Assembly (NCBI GenBank): GCA_016937995.1
Contig: JAFGVM010000034.1
Coordinates: 1-46,990 of the forward strand
DNA length: 46,990 nucleotides
DNA from: Candidatus Delongbacteria bacterium
Lineage (GTDB): Bacteria > UBA4055
Direction of reading: 5' to 3'
A program made the translations under genes and the position numbers. Below the pieces are notes generated by a model. The model had not been told where the DNA came from. It did not search any database and worked only from the letters and a program-made list of their open reading frames with translations. Of this stretch, positions 28,901-38,086 are shown piece by piece (position 1 is the stretch's first letter; every line of letters starts with the position of its first letter).

Positions 28901-29912
28901 TTCCAAGATCGATCCAGTAGTAAGAATGGTCAGAGTATTTATTGTAATAATGCTCCAGCTCATTTCCTCTTTTCCATGAATTAGTACCCAAAGCGTAAAA
29001 CTCGATATAGTCATTTGATTCGAACATACCGTCATTATCAGCATCGTTTATCTCGCATGCAATTTCCAAGGCTCCATGATACATAGAGTCGGCGGGATTA
29101 TTAGAAAGATCTTCACCTGCACTGGAATATACTTTTATCCTAGAAGATAGCGTTGATGATATATCCAGACCTTTGTCAGTTATCATTCTCCCTGTAACTT
29201 TATATATACCTTCTGAACCTATCTTGATCTTGATCCATTCTGTCGGTTTATCAAGAAATACTTCCGTCAGGACTTTATTTTTTTTATAAGGATTGATCTT
29301 TGAAAAACTTAAATTCAATATTTTTTCTTCAAAATCATTTGCAGGAAGAATTTTTTTAGAGGGAGTATTTACGAACGGTGTGTTAAATTTTATATTGACG
29401 TCAATTTCACTTATCATCCTTGCTTTATTTTTAGAAAAGACCAGAGGATAATATGTCAGTTTGTATAAATTATGATCATCGACCCTGCCGATATAATCAA
29501 TTGTAACTGCAGATCTTTCTGCATCCTCTCTTTGTCCGGTTTCTTTGTAGTATGAAGACAATATTCCATCCTGACCTTGTAAAAAACTTTGTGCAGGCAC
29601 AAGATCTTTTTTCATTATATCTTCACTTTGCAAGCTGTTGTATGATAATTCCGGAGAAGAATTCATTGGGGCAGAAAAATAATAACTTGTAGAGTAATAT
29701 TCTGTCTCAGGTACATAACCCTCCAAAATAAATTCATCAGGCAAAATAAATTTCTTATACGTTTTACCGTCAATGTTAACATCTCTTGACTCTAATCTTC
29801 CGGATATATCGAAAGTCAATGACAATCCTTTAGAGTATGTTGATAAATTCACAATCTTCGAATTTAATATCATGGATGTAATTAACAGGGTAAAAAAGAT
29901 TATCTTTTTCAT
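25977..29912 (-). CDS. porU: Type IX secretion system sortase PorU (peptidase C25 family)
   Basis: WIKIKI..EGIYKVT, YIEFYA, NKYSDHSYYW, IGRF, catalytic GHG and ATC, YMLLGDPAL, DENGVNTSGGIGH, AWD..NN, NYPNP...WDGKDDDGD...GVYIY CTD. Confidence 0.88.
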   Translation of the reverse strand: MKKIIFFTLLITSMILNSKIVNLSTYSKGLSLTFDISGRLESRDVNIDGKTYKKFILPDEFILEGYVPETEYYSTSYYFSAPMNSSPELSYNSLQSEDIMKKDLVPAQSFLQGQDGILSSYYKETGQREDAERSAVTIDYIGRVDDHNLYKLTYYPLVFSKNKARMISEIDVNIKFNTPFVNTPSKKILPANDFEEKILNLSFSKINPYKKNKVLTEVFLDKPTEWIKIKIGSEGIYKVTGRMITDKGLDISSTLSSRIKVYSSAGEDLSNNPADSMYHGALEIACEINDADNDGMFESNDYIEFYALGTNSWKRGNELEHYYNKYSDHSYYWIDLGTGEVDEGKRVKELKNNEAVYTDINSFIRPYFFDNRDQLLYTDYKHHWYTRCIYPLETATYQFPVKNIDPSGSVTVKLLHANVYPGYASMKYTVNNDPTTEYSSTSIDFQYTLPADKFLADQTNTLKMSNLTEDYKKYLYSYEVHYNGSVTADTENEYFVSDLILGQNYRFNLGQANGKKLFDVTDPLNVRVSTLDSDQCILAPVDQLNHYFLWNGIYKTPVNLEVLDYSNGRTTLHSINDNFDMVIISPDEFYDHYNNDNGGLIQAHLNAKDKVNSIKVVNIKDVNNEFGRGYQEPSATRNFIKYASENWGSEFILIGADGNYDFKGILNLSEKNFIFPSDVEFGASGGFNRAAGSDDFYANLNSLTPSTPNVSIGRFAVRNLTELENIIEKTVSHINNNNLGNMNTRMLLAVDDERNPDRSTWRETDHIDNTEDIIVPVVPDNIFADKLYLTEFPFEFSPSTGLYLKPRAADELLRKLHEGVNLFIYVGHGAPTQMAHEKLLTSSNYSLLDNYNRYFFQIGATCSFGVFNDPYTRSLSERMLTDRNKGSIGLINAVSAVTIGSNENLVSRILKKTFEDQNNKLTIGEALKKGKLEYISDNSGAYMLLGDPALKLFKDKKVIQAPDSVRLVTLKLDTISTTLIIPDSLDIQSTSGILNTMIIDSERDIRYFNEEHWDSDVDSTLNYTLPGKVILSALSSINFGQSNTEFILPKDLTYGENKGKILYYAYNSDKDEFSGFTGNVSIVGESAEAVIDTIPPKLNVLYNSLNYVPGDPIDPNTIFYVRISDENGVNTSGGIGHKMMMEVDGDVIELNEFFQYDLDTYKSGYTKYQLFNLSAGKHLVKASAWDTSNNYNEVIDEFIVTNAKDTTSAWIGNLLNYPNPVKNNGTTFGFTTYGTTSIDSYTITVYTVNGRKIKSLKDCPVNYSDSFQYCEWDGKDDDGDIPGNGVYIYILRLKFHGGKTIMKKGKLIFAR

Positions 29913-29924
29913 AATTTCTCTGAT

Positions 29925-30671
29925 TTAGTTATTGTTACCGATCACCTGGGCAGAAGTTTTACCAAACCTTCTCTCCCTGTTCTGAAATGAATGGATCGCT
30001 TTTAAAAAATCTGTTTTAGTGAATTCAGGCCATAGAATATCTGTGATATAAAACTCTGTGTAAGCGATCTGCCAAAGCAGAAAATTACTTACCCTGAATT
30101 CCCCTCCGGTCCTTATCAATAGCTCAGGATCAGGAAGTTCAGCTGTATAAAGATATTTTGAGAATTCATCTTCTGTAACACTGTCCACTCCGCTGGAGAT
30201 AATACTGTTAACAGCATTAATGATCTCTTCCCTTCCTGAATAACTGATCGCCAACTGAAGTGTCATCCCGGTATTATTCGATGTCTCTGAAATAATATCA
30301 ATTATTGACCTTCTTGCTTTTTCAGGTAAATCTTTTATCTCACCTATAAGACTGACCTTAATATTTCTTTCCATCAATGAATTTATTTCTTTAGCTATAG
30401 TTGACACAAGTAGTGACATTAAAGAATTAACTTCGAATTCAGGTCTTTTCCAGTTTTCTTTTGAAAACACATAGATCGTAAGATGTTCAACACCGATGTC
30501 AGTTGAAATTTCAAGAACATCCCTGACAGAATTAACTCCTTCAACATGACCGTTAACTCTATCCATTCCCTGCTTCATTGCCCATCGCCCGTTCCCGTCC
30601 ATTATAATAGCTACATGCTTTGGTATCTTACCGGAGTCTTCCACTTTCTTCTGTAGATGATCTGTTTCCAT
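29925..30671 (-). CDS. uppS: Undecaprenyl diphosphate synthase (isoprenyl transferase)
   Basis: HVAIIMDGNGRWA, FSKENWKRP, RTGGEFRVSNFLLWQIAY, RERRFG. Confidence 0.98.
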   Translation of the reverse strand: METDHLQKKVEDSGKIPKHVAIIMDGNGRWAMKQGMDRVNGHVEGVNSVRDVLEISTDIGVEHLTIYVFSKENWKRPEFEVNSLMSLLVSTIAKEINSLMERNIKVSLIGEIKDLPEKARRSIIDIISETSNNTGMTLQLAISYSGREEIINAVNSIISSGVDSVTEDEFSKYLYTAELPDPELLIRTGGEFRVSNFLLWQIAYTEFYITDILWPEFTKTDFLKAIHSFQNRERRFGKTSAQVIGNNN

Positions 30672-30725
30672 TCGTAATCCGTTTTTTGTATTAATTTAAT
30701 ATTACGTTATATATTTTTTAATGTT

Positions 30726-30768
30726 AATTTAAATTATAAACACAGCATTGTCAAAGCAATATTTGACA
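30726..30768 (-). promoter_or_regulatory. Promoter of uppS-porU-tilS operon; -35 is half of an inverted repeat
   Basis: TTGACA-17-TAAATT (30754-30726); IR TGTCAAA-N6-TTTGACA at 30749-30768. Confidence 0.6.
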
Positions 30769-30837
30769 CGAATCATCCTGTTCATTCATTATACTGAGTA
30801 AAACAGAAAAGGTTTGAAGATAAAACTTATGCAAAAT

Positions 30838-30864
30838 AAAAAGCAGACATAACTGCCTGCTTTT
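30838..30864 (-). terminator. Intrinsic terminator downstream of TPR lipoprotein gene
   Basis: AAAAGCAGGCA-GTTA-TGTCTGCTTTT-T on minus strand. Confidence 0.75.
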
Positions 30865-30972
30865 AAATAATTTTGAATTGAAGTAAATAAAGATGCTCAA
30901 GGAAGGTCTTTATTTAAATAGAGCTTGGAAAGCTTAAAGACACCAAAATAATACCAGCCTAACGAAGAAAGT

Positions 30973-32064
30973 CTATTTTAAATACTCCATATATTTTTGC
31001 GCTTCCTTAGCTCTTCCAAGTTTAGGTAAAACCCTTGTAAGATAATCAGCAGCATCGATCTTTTCTTTTCCAGTGAATGATTCAAAGTTCACATCAAGTA
31101 TATCTACAACTTTTTGCCATTTTTCAGCTTCAAAGTAAAATCTTCCCAAGAAAATTTTTGCTTCATTATCGTTAGGATTCAATTCAACTATTTTTTCAAA
31201 ATTACTGATAGCATCGTCCAGTCTTTTCATCTTTTTAAAAGCAATCCCCTGATTAAATAATACGTCAGCATTATTTGGATCTATTTCTATCAGTTGGTTA
31301 TACATCTTTAAAGCTTCTTCAAAATTATCTTTATCTCTGTAGTAAGCAGCTATCTTAATGATCGCTTCTTTGTTGACAGGGTCAAATTTTAGAATTTCAT
31401 TAAGATATTCTAGAGTTTTAACTTCATCGTTCCTTTCTGTGTAAATGTTCGCCAGATTTATGTACAGGCCCACAAGATTAGCTTTGTCATTTTCAATATC
31501 TGCAATTTTTATACATTCATTAAAAATCTCGATGGCTTTATCCTTGTAGTTCTTGTGCTCCTCGTCAGCCAACTGGAGGTAGATATTACCTATAATGTAT
31601 TTTGTTATAAAGTCATCATTTTTAATTTTATCAGCCAGTAAAAGATCCTTTAATCCAGCCTGTAATGATGCTTTTGCTTTTTCAGGATTGCTGTTAATGA
31701 TCATAACGGCCGGATTGTACCTGTCGTTTATACCTGATTTTCTTAAATTACCGAAAGCTTTTATTGACATATTATCAATGTTAGCTTTTTCATAATTCGG
31801 ATCCAGACTTTTGACCTTTGCAAAACTTTTTTGCATTTGTTCGTAATTTTCTTCGTCGTTCCAAATGTATCCCATTAAATAATGAGCTTCAACGCTTGTA
31901 GAATCCCTTTCTATCTCTTTTCCCAAGTCTCTTTTTGCAGCCTGGTAATCATTTATCTGAATATTAATTTTAGCCCCTGTAATAAAAGGACTTGCTACTT
32001 TACAACTTTGAACTGCTATTAATGTTGCAATTATCATTGATAAAAACATGATCTTTTTTAACAT
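30973..32064 (-). CDS. TPR-repeat lipoprotein
   Basis: Start revised to ATG 32064 (SD GGAG; MLKK...AVQSC lipobox-like); multiple TPRs. Confidence 0.85.
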   Translation of the reverse strand: MLKKIMFLSMIIATLIAVQSCKVASPFITGAKINIQINDYQAAKRDLGKEIERDSTSVEAHYLMGYIWNDEENYEQMQKSFAKVKSLDPNYEKANIDNMSIKAFGNLRKSGINDRYNPAVMIINSNPEKAKASLQAGLKDLLLADKIKNDDFITKYIIGNIYLQLADEEHKNYKDKAIEIFNECIKIADIENDKANLVGLYINLANIYTERNDEVKTLEYLNEILKFDPVNKEAIIKIAAYYRDKDNFEEALKMYNQLIEIDPNNADVLFNQGIAFKKMKRLDDAISNFEKIVELNPNDNEAKIFLGRFYFEAEKWQKVVDILDVNFESFTGKEKIDAADYLTRVLPKLGRAKEAQKYMEYLK

Positions 32065-32110
32065 ATTACTCTCCGGATTTATTTTTATTTTTTTTAATTT
32101 CCGCTTTAGG

Positions 32111-32139
32111 AATATATTATCTGGCATGATTTTAGTCAA
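32111..32139 (-). promoter_or_regulatory. Sigma70-type promoter of TPR gene
   Basis: TTGACT-17-TATATT; the TTG used as start by the ORF track is this -35 box. Confidence 0.6.
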
Positions 32140-32319
32140 GAAAAAAGATATGGTTCTACTACGTTCAAAATCTACCTGACAGATATGACATATAAATTAT
32201 TTTTTGTATGGACTTTATTGACAATTGTGCTTATTTTATCTCGGAGTTACTTCATAATCTGTAAATGATAAGCGAACTTAAAAATTATTCGATTTGAAAA
32301 ATAACATTCTTTAGCAGGA

Positions 32320-33306
32320 TTGAACATGGTGACAAGATCTCAAAAAATAAGAGTAGTAGCCTTAATTTCGATAGTATCAATGATCTTTTTGTATGTAATG
32401 TTCTTGCTCGTTGGCAGGAAGATATTTACCAGTGAGGATACATATTACATCAAACTTGAAAAACAGTCTGTTTCGGGATTGAATATTGGTGCTGATGTAA
32501 AATATTACGGTATTAATATCGGAAAAGTTGTTGATATTGCTATAAACAGAGATAATACTTCTGAGATCATCGTAACAATAAACATTAAACAAAACACTCC
32601 TATCAAAGCGGGTTCTGTAGCGAATTTACCTTATCAGAGTATTGCAACAGGTTTAAAGCTGATCGAAATTACAGGCGGTGATAAAGATGCGCCTAATCTT
32701 GAACCTGAGAGTTTTATTAACGTCGGAACTGATATGTTCGATAATATCACAGGTAAAGCTGAAATAATCTCAGAGAAAATTGAAATACTATTAAACAATC
32801 TTATACAAGTTACCTCGAATGAGAACCGTGGTAAATTATTTAACCTGATCTCTCAGATCGAAGTTGATGCTCAAAGGCTGGATACTTTACTTAGTCACAC
32901 ATCAGATTACTTCAATGACAATAAAAACAATATTTCTTCACTGATAAAAAATTCAGATAAAATGGTGAAGGAATTTACTATAACTGCCGGTTCACTAAAT
33001 AAACTCATAATAAAAAGTAACAGCTTAATTGAAGCAGGTAAGCTTGAAGAATCATTAAAGAACATACAGGAGATCACCGAAAAATTAAATACTAAAGAAA
33101 TTGCAAATCTGGTTTATTCGATGAATAAACTGATCGGAACATCACAGGAAACTGTAGAACATTTCGACAAAACATTTTTACTGGGAAGAAGGAACTTGTT
33201 AAAATCTATGGAACTTTTTAAGGAAGCTTTAGAAAATATAAATGAATTCGCAATACTTTTAAAAGACAACCCCGATATCTTAATAAAAGGTAAAGAAAGT
33301 GAATAA
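32320..33306 (+). CDS. MCE/MlaD-family protein with long helical extension
   Basis: N-terminal TM, SVSGLNIGADVKYYGINIGKV, ATGLKLIEITGG, coiled helical tail ending NPDILIKG. Confidence 0.9.
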   Translation: MNMVTRSQKIRVVALISIVSMIFLYVMFLLVGRKIFTSEDTYYIKLEKQSVSGLNIGADVKYYGINIGKVVDIAINRDNTSEIIVTINIKQNTPIKAGSVANLPYQSIATGLKLIEITGGDKDAPNLEPESFINVGTDMFDNITGKAEIISEKIEILLNNLIQVTSNENRGKLFNLISQIEVDAQRLDTLLSHTSDYFNDNKNNISSLIKNSDKMVKEFTITAGSLNKLIIKSNSLIEAGKLEESLKNIQEITEKLNTKEIANLVYSMNKLIGTSQETVEHFDKTFLLGRRNLLKSMELFKEALENINEFAILLKDNPDILIKGKESE

Positions 33307-33922
33307 TAGAACGAAATTATCATTGATCGCTGCATTTTTCATTCTTATTTCCTGCAGTGTAAAGACATTAAAGGAACATTACGTCCTGTCATATTTACCG
33401 GATCCGGCACAAAATGAAAAATACAAATCCGCAAAAATCCCGTTTGATTTTAGAGTTGAAGTACAGAATTTCGAAATGAACAGGATCTATGATCGTAATT
33501 CTATCGTTATAAGAGAATCCTTACACAAGCTGTCGTATGATAAAACGAACGAGTGGGCTTTGCGACCGGACAAAGGTATTCCTGAGCTGCTGGTCTACCA
33601 CATTAATTCACTCAACTTATTTAAGGAATGTAAAATTGATTTTCTTTCCGATAATCCTGATTTTTACATATCTGGTATGATCAGCAATTTAGAGATATAT
33701 AAAAGTGAAATAGCCACTTTTGCTCATGTGAAAATATTCTTTGAGTTTAGAGATAGCTCAAGAAATATCCTTATCAGACACATAATCGATAAAAAAGCTG
33801 AATTGGTAAAACCTGATATCTCTTTCTTCATTAAGACCGTCAGTGATGTATTAAAGGCTGAAACTGATATGTTCCTTTTAAAGATCGTTGACTACTTGAA
33901 AACTCATGCGGGAGATGACTAA
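33299..33922 (+). CDS. PqiC-like ABC-transport auxiliary lipoprotein
   Basis: Lipobox LISC, HYVL, IVIR...EWA..P pattern; follows MCE gene. Confidence 0.75.
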   Translation: MNNRTKLSLIAAFFILISCSVKTLKEHYVLSYLPDPAQNEKYKSAKIPFDFRVEVQNFEMNRIYDRNSIVIRESLHKLSYDKTNEWALRPDKGIPELLVYHINSLNLFKECKIDFLSDNPDFYISGMISNLEIYKSEIATFAHVKIFFEFRDSSRNILIRHIIDKKAELVKPDISFFIKTVSDVLKAETDMFLLKIVDYLKTHAGDD

Positions 33923-35493
33923 TGCTTACTCGTAGACTACTTTTGGTACTGTTCTTTATATTGATTTTTATGTCCACCGGGTATGCAAAACAATTTGATA
34001 CATGGATGGCTGACCCCTTGGATATGCAACTGAAAACCGAAGCTGTGGATGATCAACTTGGTTTTGGAAGACTGTTCATTCCTGTAATGACAAAGATGGA
34101 ATGGGAACCTGCAATTAAAATTTATTCCGGTGAAGAATTAGTATACGACGGCAAAATTGGAGAGAGTATATTCCTGAAACCGGGAAAATATACATTATTA
34201 TTCGGCTCATCTTCTGAAGATGAAGACCTGATCCAAAAATATTTTACGATCAATGAACAACAAACAACTATTATTCAACCTGACTGGTCAGGACTGCTTG
34301 TAAATGTGATAAATGAAAATCTTGAGAACATTCGTTTCGGATATGAGATCATACATTTTTCCACACGTGTTTCCGTAGGAACAATGTACAGCAGAGAAGA
34401 AAATGAATATGAGAAAGTAATGAACACATGGATCCTCCCTCCCGGAAAGTATAAGCTGATCAAAATAGGAGAACCGTTTAACACCATACAGAATTTTACA
34501 ACATTTGAGTTAAAAGAAGGTGAATTGAATAAGATAAATATCGTTATCAGCAGTTTAACTAATACATTGATCGGAGCGGGAGAATTAAAATTTCTTGAGG
34601 ATAAAAAAACCATTCAAAAGAGCTGGCACAATTATATGTACCTCAAAGGATCATTCAATCTGAACCATAATAATAAACTGGACGAACTGGAACCTCAAAC
34701 CGATCTTACATTTACAGGTAAGGTGGATAACAGATTCATTTATGATAAAAACCCGTACTATTTAAGACTAACTCAATATACCGAAGAACAATGGACAAAA
34801 CCGGCAGATTTTGACAACTTACGGATCAGTTCTGATGAATTAAGTTTAGAAAATACAGCTATTTACTATTTTACTAAGATATTCGGGATTTATTCCGAAA
34901 TAAATCTTGACACAAAGATATTCCCGGGAGAATACATCAATGTGGACCTTGATATAAATGATCAGGTAATCTTGATCACTCAAAGCGGGGACTCAACATA
35001 CTACACAGACAGAGATGTTCAGAGGATCTCAGATTCATTTTCACCACTTTCCGTGAAAGAAGAATTAGGATTGAATTTTTCGATCGTAAAATCTTCAAAT
35101 TCAAATTTTTATATCAGGACCGGTGTAGGTTTGTTTCAATATCTGAACGACAATGTTTATTTTAAAGATGTAGAGAACAGTACAGCGAACACTCATATTT
35201 TTAACGAACTCGAGAATAAATTTTTGACAGGATTAACTTTTTCTGCAGGATTAGATATTCGTTTTTTAAATAATGTCACGTATATATCAAAAGCTGATTT
35301 CACTTATTATTTATCCAATGATAAAAATTATGATCTTGAATGGGATAACAATATTGTGTTTAAACTCTTTAAATATGTTTCCATCGACTATAATTTAAAT
35401 CTTGCTTACAACTATGAAAAGGGATCTGATCTCAATTATCTGATGTATGATAATAAGTTCGCCCTTGAATTCTCTTACTATTTAAACAATTAG
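33922..35493 (+). CDS. Exported protein: two PGKY-type beta domains plus probable C-terminal outer-membrane beta-barrel
   Basis: Signal peptide; LKPGKYTL and LPPGKYKL; alternating amphipathic strands; ends FALEFSYYLNN. Confidence 0.55.
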   Translation: MLTRRLLLVLFFILIFMSTGYAKQFDTWMADPLDMQLKTEAVDDQLGFGRLFIPVMTKMEWEPAIKIYSGEELVYDGKIGESIFLKPGKYTLLFGSSSEDEDLIQKYFTINEQQTTIIQPDWSGLLVNVINENLENIRFGYEIIHFSTRVSVGTMYSREENEYEKVMNTWILPPGKYKLIKIGEPFNTIQNFTTFELKEGELNKINIVISSLTNTLIGAGELKFLEDKKTIQKSWHNYMYLKGSFNLNHNNKLDELEPQTDLTFTGKVDNRFIYDKNPYYLRLTQYTEEQWTKPADFDNLRISSDELSLENTAIYYFTKIFGIYSEINLDTKIFPGEYINVDLDINDQVILITQSGDSTYYTDRDVQRISDSFSPLSVKEELGLNFSIVKSSNSNFYIRTGVGLFQYLNDNVYFKDVENSTANTHIFNELENKFLTGLTFSAGLDIRFLNNVTYISKADFTYYLSNDKNYDLEWDNNIVFKLFKYVSIDYNLNLAYNYEKGSDLNYLMYDNKFALEFSYYLNN

Positions 35494-35499
35494 ACCTAA

Positions 35500-36564
35500 A
35501 TGTACAAGATCAATGAAAATACCATCCGGATCGGGAACTCTTTTTATATTGATGAAATACAGCCTCTGATCACAGATTTGCTTAAATTGGATAAGGATCA
35601 TTCAAAAGTATCATTTGATCTGTCTGGAACAGTGAATTATGATAATGCTGTTCTGGCATTCATCAACTCGCTGACTAAAGAAAATTATCACATATTGCTA
35701 TCTGATAAAATGAAAGATGATATCCTGAAATTTAACAGTTCGATAATGTTCAATGAATCCGAGAAACAATTACTTTCAGGTTTTGAAAAAATTGTTTCGG
35801 TCTTCTATTCTTTCCTGGAGCAAATAAGATCATTCATCATCCTGAGTGCTGATGTATTCTACTACTCGATCCGTTCAGTTTTCAATAAAAACGGCAGAAG
35901 AAAAGGTTCAGTTTATGAGCAGATACTCTTAATTGGAAATAATGCTGTCCCAATAGTCTTCCTGTTGGCATTCCTGATCGGATTCATTTTGTCGCTTCAG
36001 TCAGCAGCTCAGCTAAGACAATTCGGAGCAAATATTTATTTGGTGGATTTAATTGTAATATCTATGATAACTGAGATGGGTCCAATGATAACAGCCATAA
36101 TCGTTGCAGGCAGAAGTGGTTCTGCGATCGCAGCTGAAATTTCAACGATGCAGATCACTGAAGAGCTAGATGCTCTAAAGGTAATAGCTTTGAACCCGTT
36201 AAAATATGTTGTTTCACCAAAGATGATCGCAATGACTGTCAGTTTACCTGTACTTACAATAATGGCAAACTTAGTTGGTATTTTTGGAGGCTTTATTATT
36301 GCTGTGATATATCTGAACCTGAGTCCTATAGTGTTCTTTAACAGAGCCGTAAGTGTAATGACTATATCTTTCTGGTGGCAGAGTGTATTAAAAAGTATCC
36401 TTTTCAGCTGGCTGATAGTACTTATCGGTTCCCATTTTGGATTTAACGTAAAAGGTGGAGCTGAAGGAGTCGGAAAAGCTACGACCGCCTCTGTAGTGGC
36501 AGCTATTTTTGCAGTCATAATTACAGATGCATTATTGAGCATTGTATTTTACTTTGATTTTTAG
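35500..36564 (+). CDS. mlaE: MlaE-family ABC permease with N-terminal STAS-like domain
   Basis: FDLSGTVNYDNA; EMGPMITAIIVAGRSGSAIAAEI, EELDAL, GGAEGVGKATT. Confidence 0.9.
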   Translation: MYKINENTIRIGNSFYIDEIQPLITDLLKLDKDHSKVSFDLSGTVNYDNAVLAFINSLTKENYHILLSDKMKDDILKFNSSIMFNESEKQLLSGFEKIVSVFYSFLEQIRSFIILSADVFYYSIRSVFNKNGRRKGSVYEQILLIGNNAVPIVFLLAFLIGFILSLQSAAQLRQFGANIYLVDLIVISMITEMGPMITAIIVAGRSGSAIAAEISTMQITEELDALKVIALNPLKYVVSPKMIAMTVSLPVLTIMANLVGIFGGFIIAVIYLNLSPIVFFNRAVSVMTISFWWQSVLKSILFSWLIVLIGSHFGFNVKGGAEGVGKATTASVVAAIFAVIITDALLSIVFYFDF

Positions 36565-36574
36565 GCGAAACGTT

Positions 36575-37306
36575 ATGAATAATGTGATCGAAATAAATAA
36601 TCTTGTCGCCAAATATGATACTCGGATCATACTTGACAACATTTCTCTTGAAATAAAGAGAAATGAGATATTCATTATACTCGGCAGCAGTGGTGGTGGA
36701 AAGACTACTCTGTTAAAACATATCATAGGTTTGATCAAACCGGTTTCAGGCACGATCAATATATTTGATCAGGAAGTAACTAGGATGGAATCAGATAAAT
36801 TTGACCAAATTTTGACTCAGGTCGGAATGTTATTTCAAGGCGGAGCTTTGATAAACTCAATGAAAGTTTGGGAAAATGTTGCAATTCCCCTTGAACAACA
36901 TACCAAACTCCCGCAGAACATCATTATAGATCTCGTAAAGCAGAAATTATCACTGGTACATCTTGAGCATGCTTTTCATCTTTATCCTTCAGAACTTTCA
37001 GGCGGTATGAAAAAAAGGGTGGCACTTGCCCGTGCAATAGCTATGGACCCGAAGATATTGTTTTTTGACGAACCCTCAGCAGGATTGGATCCTATCACTG
37101 CTCTGGAACTTGATGAATTGATCCTCGAATTAAAAGATAAACTCGGAATAACTTTGGTCATAGTTACTCACGAGCTTGAATCAATAAAAAGAATTGCAGA
37201 CAGGATCATCTACCTTCAAAAAGGAAAAAAATTATTTACAGGTACCCTTGCAGAAGCAAAAGCAGCGGACATTGATGAGATAAACCGTTTTTTCAGCTGG
37301 AAATAA
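36575..37306 (+). CDS. mlaF: MlaF-family ABC ATPase
   Basis: GSSGGGKTT, LFQGGAL, LSGGMKKRVALARA, FFDEPSAGLDP; start revised to ATG 36575. Confidence 0.92.
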   Translation: MNNVIEINNLVAKYDTRIILDNISLEIKRNEIFIILGSSGGGKTTLLKHIIGLIKPVSGTINIFDQEVTRMESDKFDQILTQVGMLFQGGALINSMKVWENVAIPLEQHTKLPQNIIIDLVKQKLSLVHLEHAFHLYPSELSGGMKKRVALARAIAMDPKILFFDEPSAGLDPITALELDELILELKDKLGITLVIVTHELESIKRIADRIIYLQKGKKLFTGTLAEAKAADIDEINRFFSWK

Positions 37307-37390
37307 CAAAGCAGATTTTTTAAGAGCACACCTTTGGTCTGCGATCCCACTCCCATAGTATTTTATCGAGAATTTGTTATTAAACATACC

Positions 37391-37419
37391 TTGACTTTAC
37401 CTGAATTTTTTATTATATT
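37391..37419 (+). promoter_or_regulatory. Sigma70-type promoter of grpE-dnaJ
   Basis: TTGACT-17-TATATT. Confidence 0.65.
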
Positions 37420-37476
37420 CTTTCCCCTAAATATATAGGTAAATACAAACAAAAAAAACTGTAGGATTATCGAGAA

Positions 37477-38073
37477 ATGACGACTAAATCAAAAAAAGAA
37501 AAATTCGATAAGGAAAGCAATGATGAACAATTGAATATTGCTGGGGAAGAAAAATTAGGAGAGGATGAAATTTCAGAGGAAGTGAATGATACTAAAGGGA
37601 ATTTGCAGGAAACCGCTGAAAATGAAAATGTTTCTTCGAATCTGGAAAAAGAAATTTTTGAGTACAGAGATAAACTGGTGAGAAAAGCGGCAGAATTTGA
37701 AAATTATAAGAAAAGAACTTCCGAAGAGTTTTTAAGACTTATCGAAACTGCAACCGAGAACCTGATCATAAAGCTTCTTCCTGTAATTGATGATATGAAC
37801 CGTTTTCAAGACAACTATAAACCTGAAATGAGATCAGATGACCTGAAGAAAGGTATTGATCTGATATTTGATAAATATATGAGCATTCTAAAAACAAGTG
37901 GTCTTGAAGAAATTGATGCTGTCGGTAAAGAATTCGACCCGGAATTACATGAAGCTCTTTTGCAGGTTGAAAACCCGGATGTAGAATCGAATATAATTGT
38001 TGATCAGCACCAAAAAGGATACACCCTGAAAAACAAAGTTATCAGACATTCTAAAGTTATTGTAGCAAAATAA
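37477..38073 (+). CDS. grpE: Nucleotide exchange factor GrpE
   Basis: [37 protein letters not shown]. Confidence 0.97.
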   Translation: MTTKSKKEKFDKESNDEQLNIAGEEKLGEDEISEEVNDTKGNLQETAENENVSSNLEKEIFEYRDKLVRKAAEFENYKKRTSEEFLRLIETATENLIIKLLPVIDDMNRFQDNYKPEMRSDDLKKGIDLIFDKYMSILKTSGLEEIDAVGKEFDPELHEALLQVENPDVESNIIVDQHQKGYTLKNKVIRHSKVIVAK

Positions 38074-38086
38074 ACCAAAGAGACTT

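Noticed and set aside
32065-32139. 25-aa N-terminal extension of the TPR protein
   Set aside because: TTG start coincides with a -35 box; lipoprotein signal and SD point to ATG 32064.
32153-32166. GTTC direct repeat as a LexA box
   Set aside because: Spacer is 6 nt rather than 7, and neighbouring genes are not SOS genes.
37307-37476. CIRCE element or hrcA/dnaK around grpE
   Set aside because: No TTAGCACTC-N9-GAGTGCTAA match; grpE-dnaJ without dnaK is common in FCB genomes.
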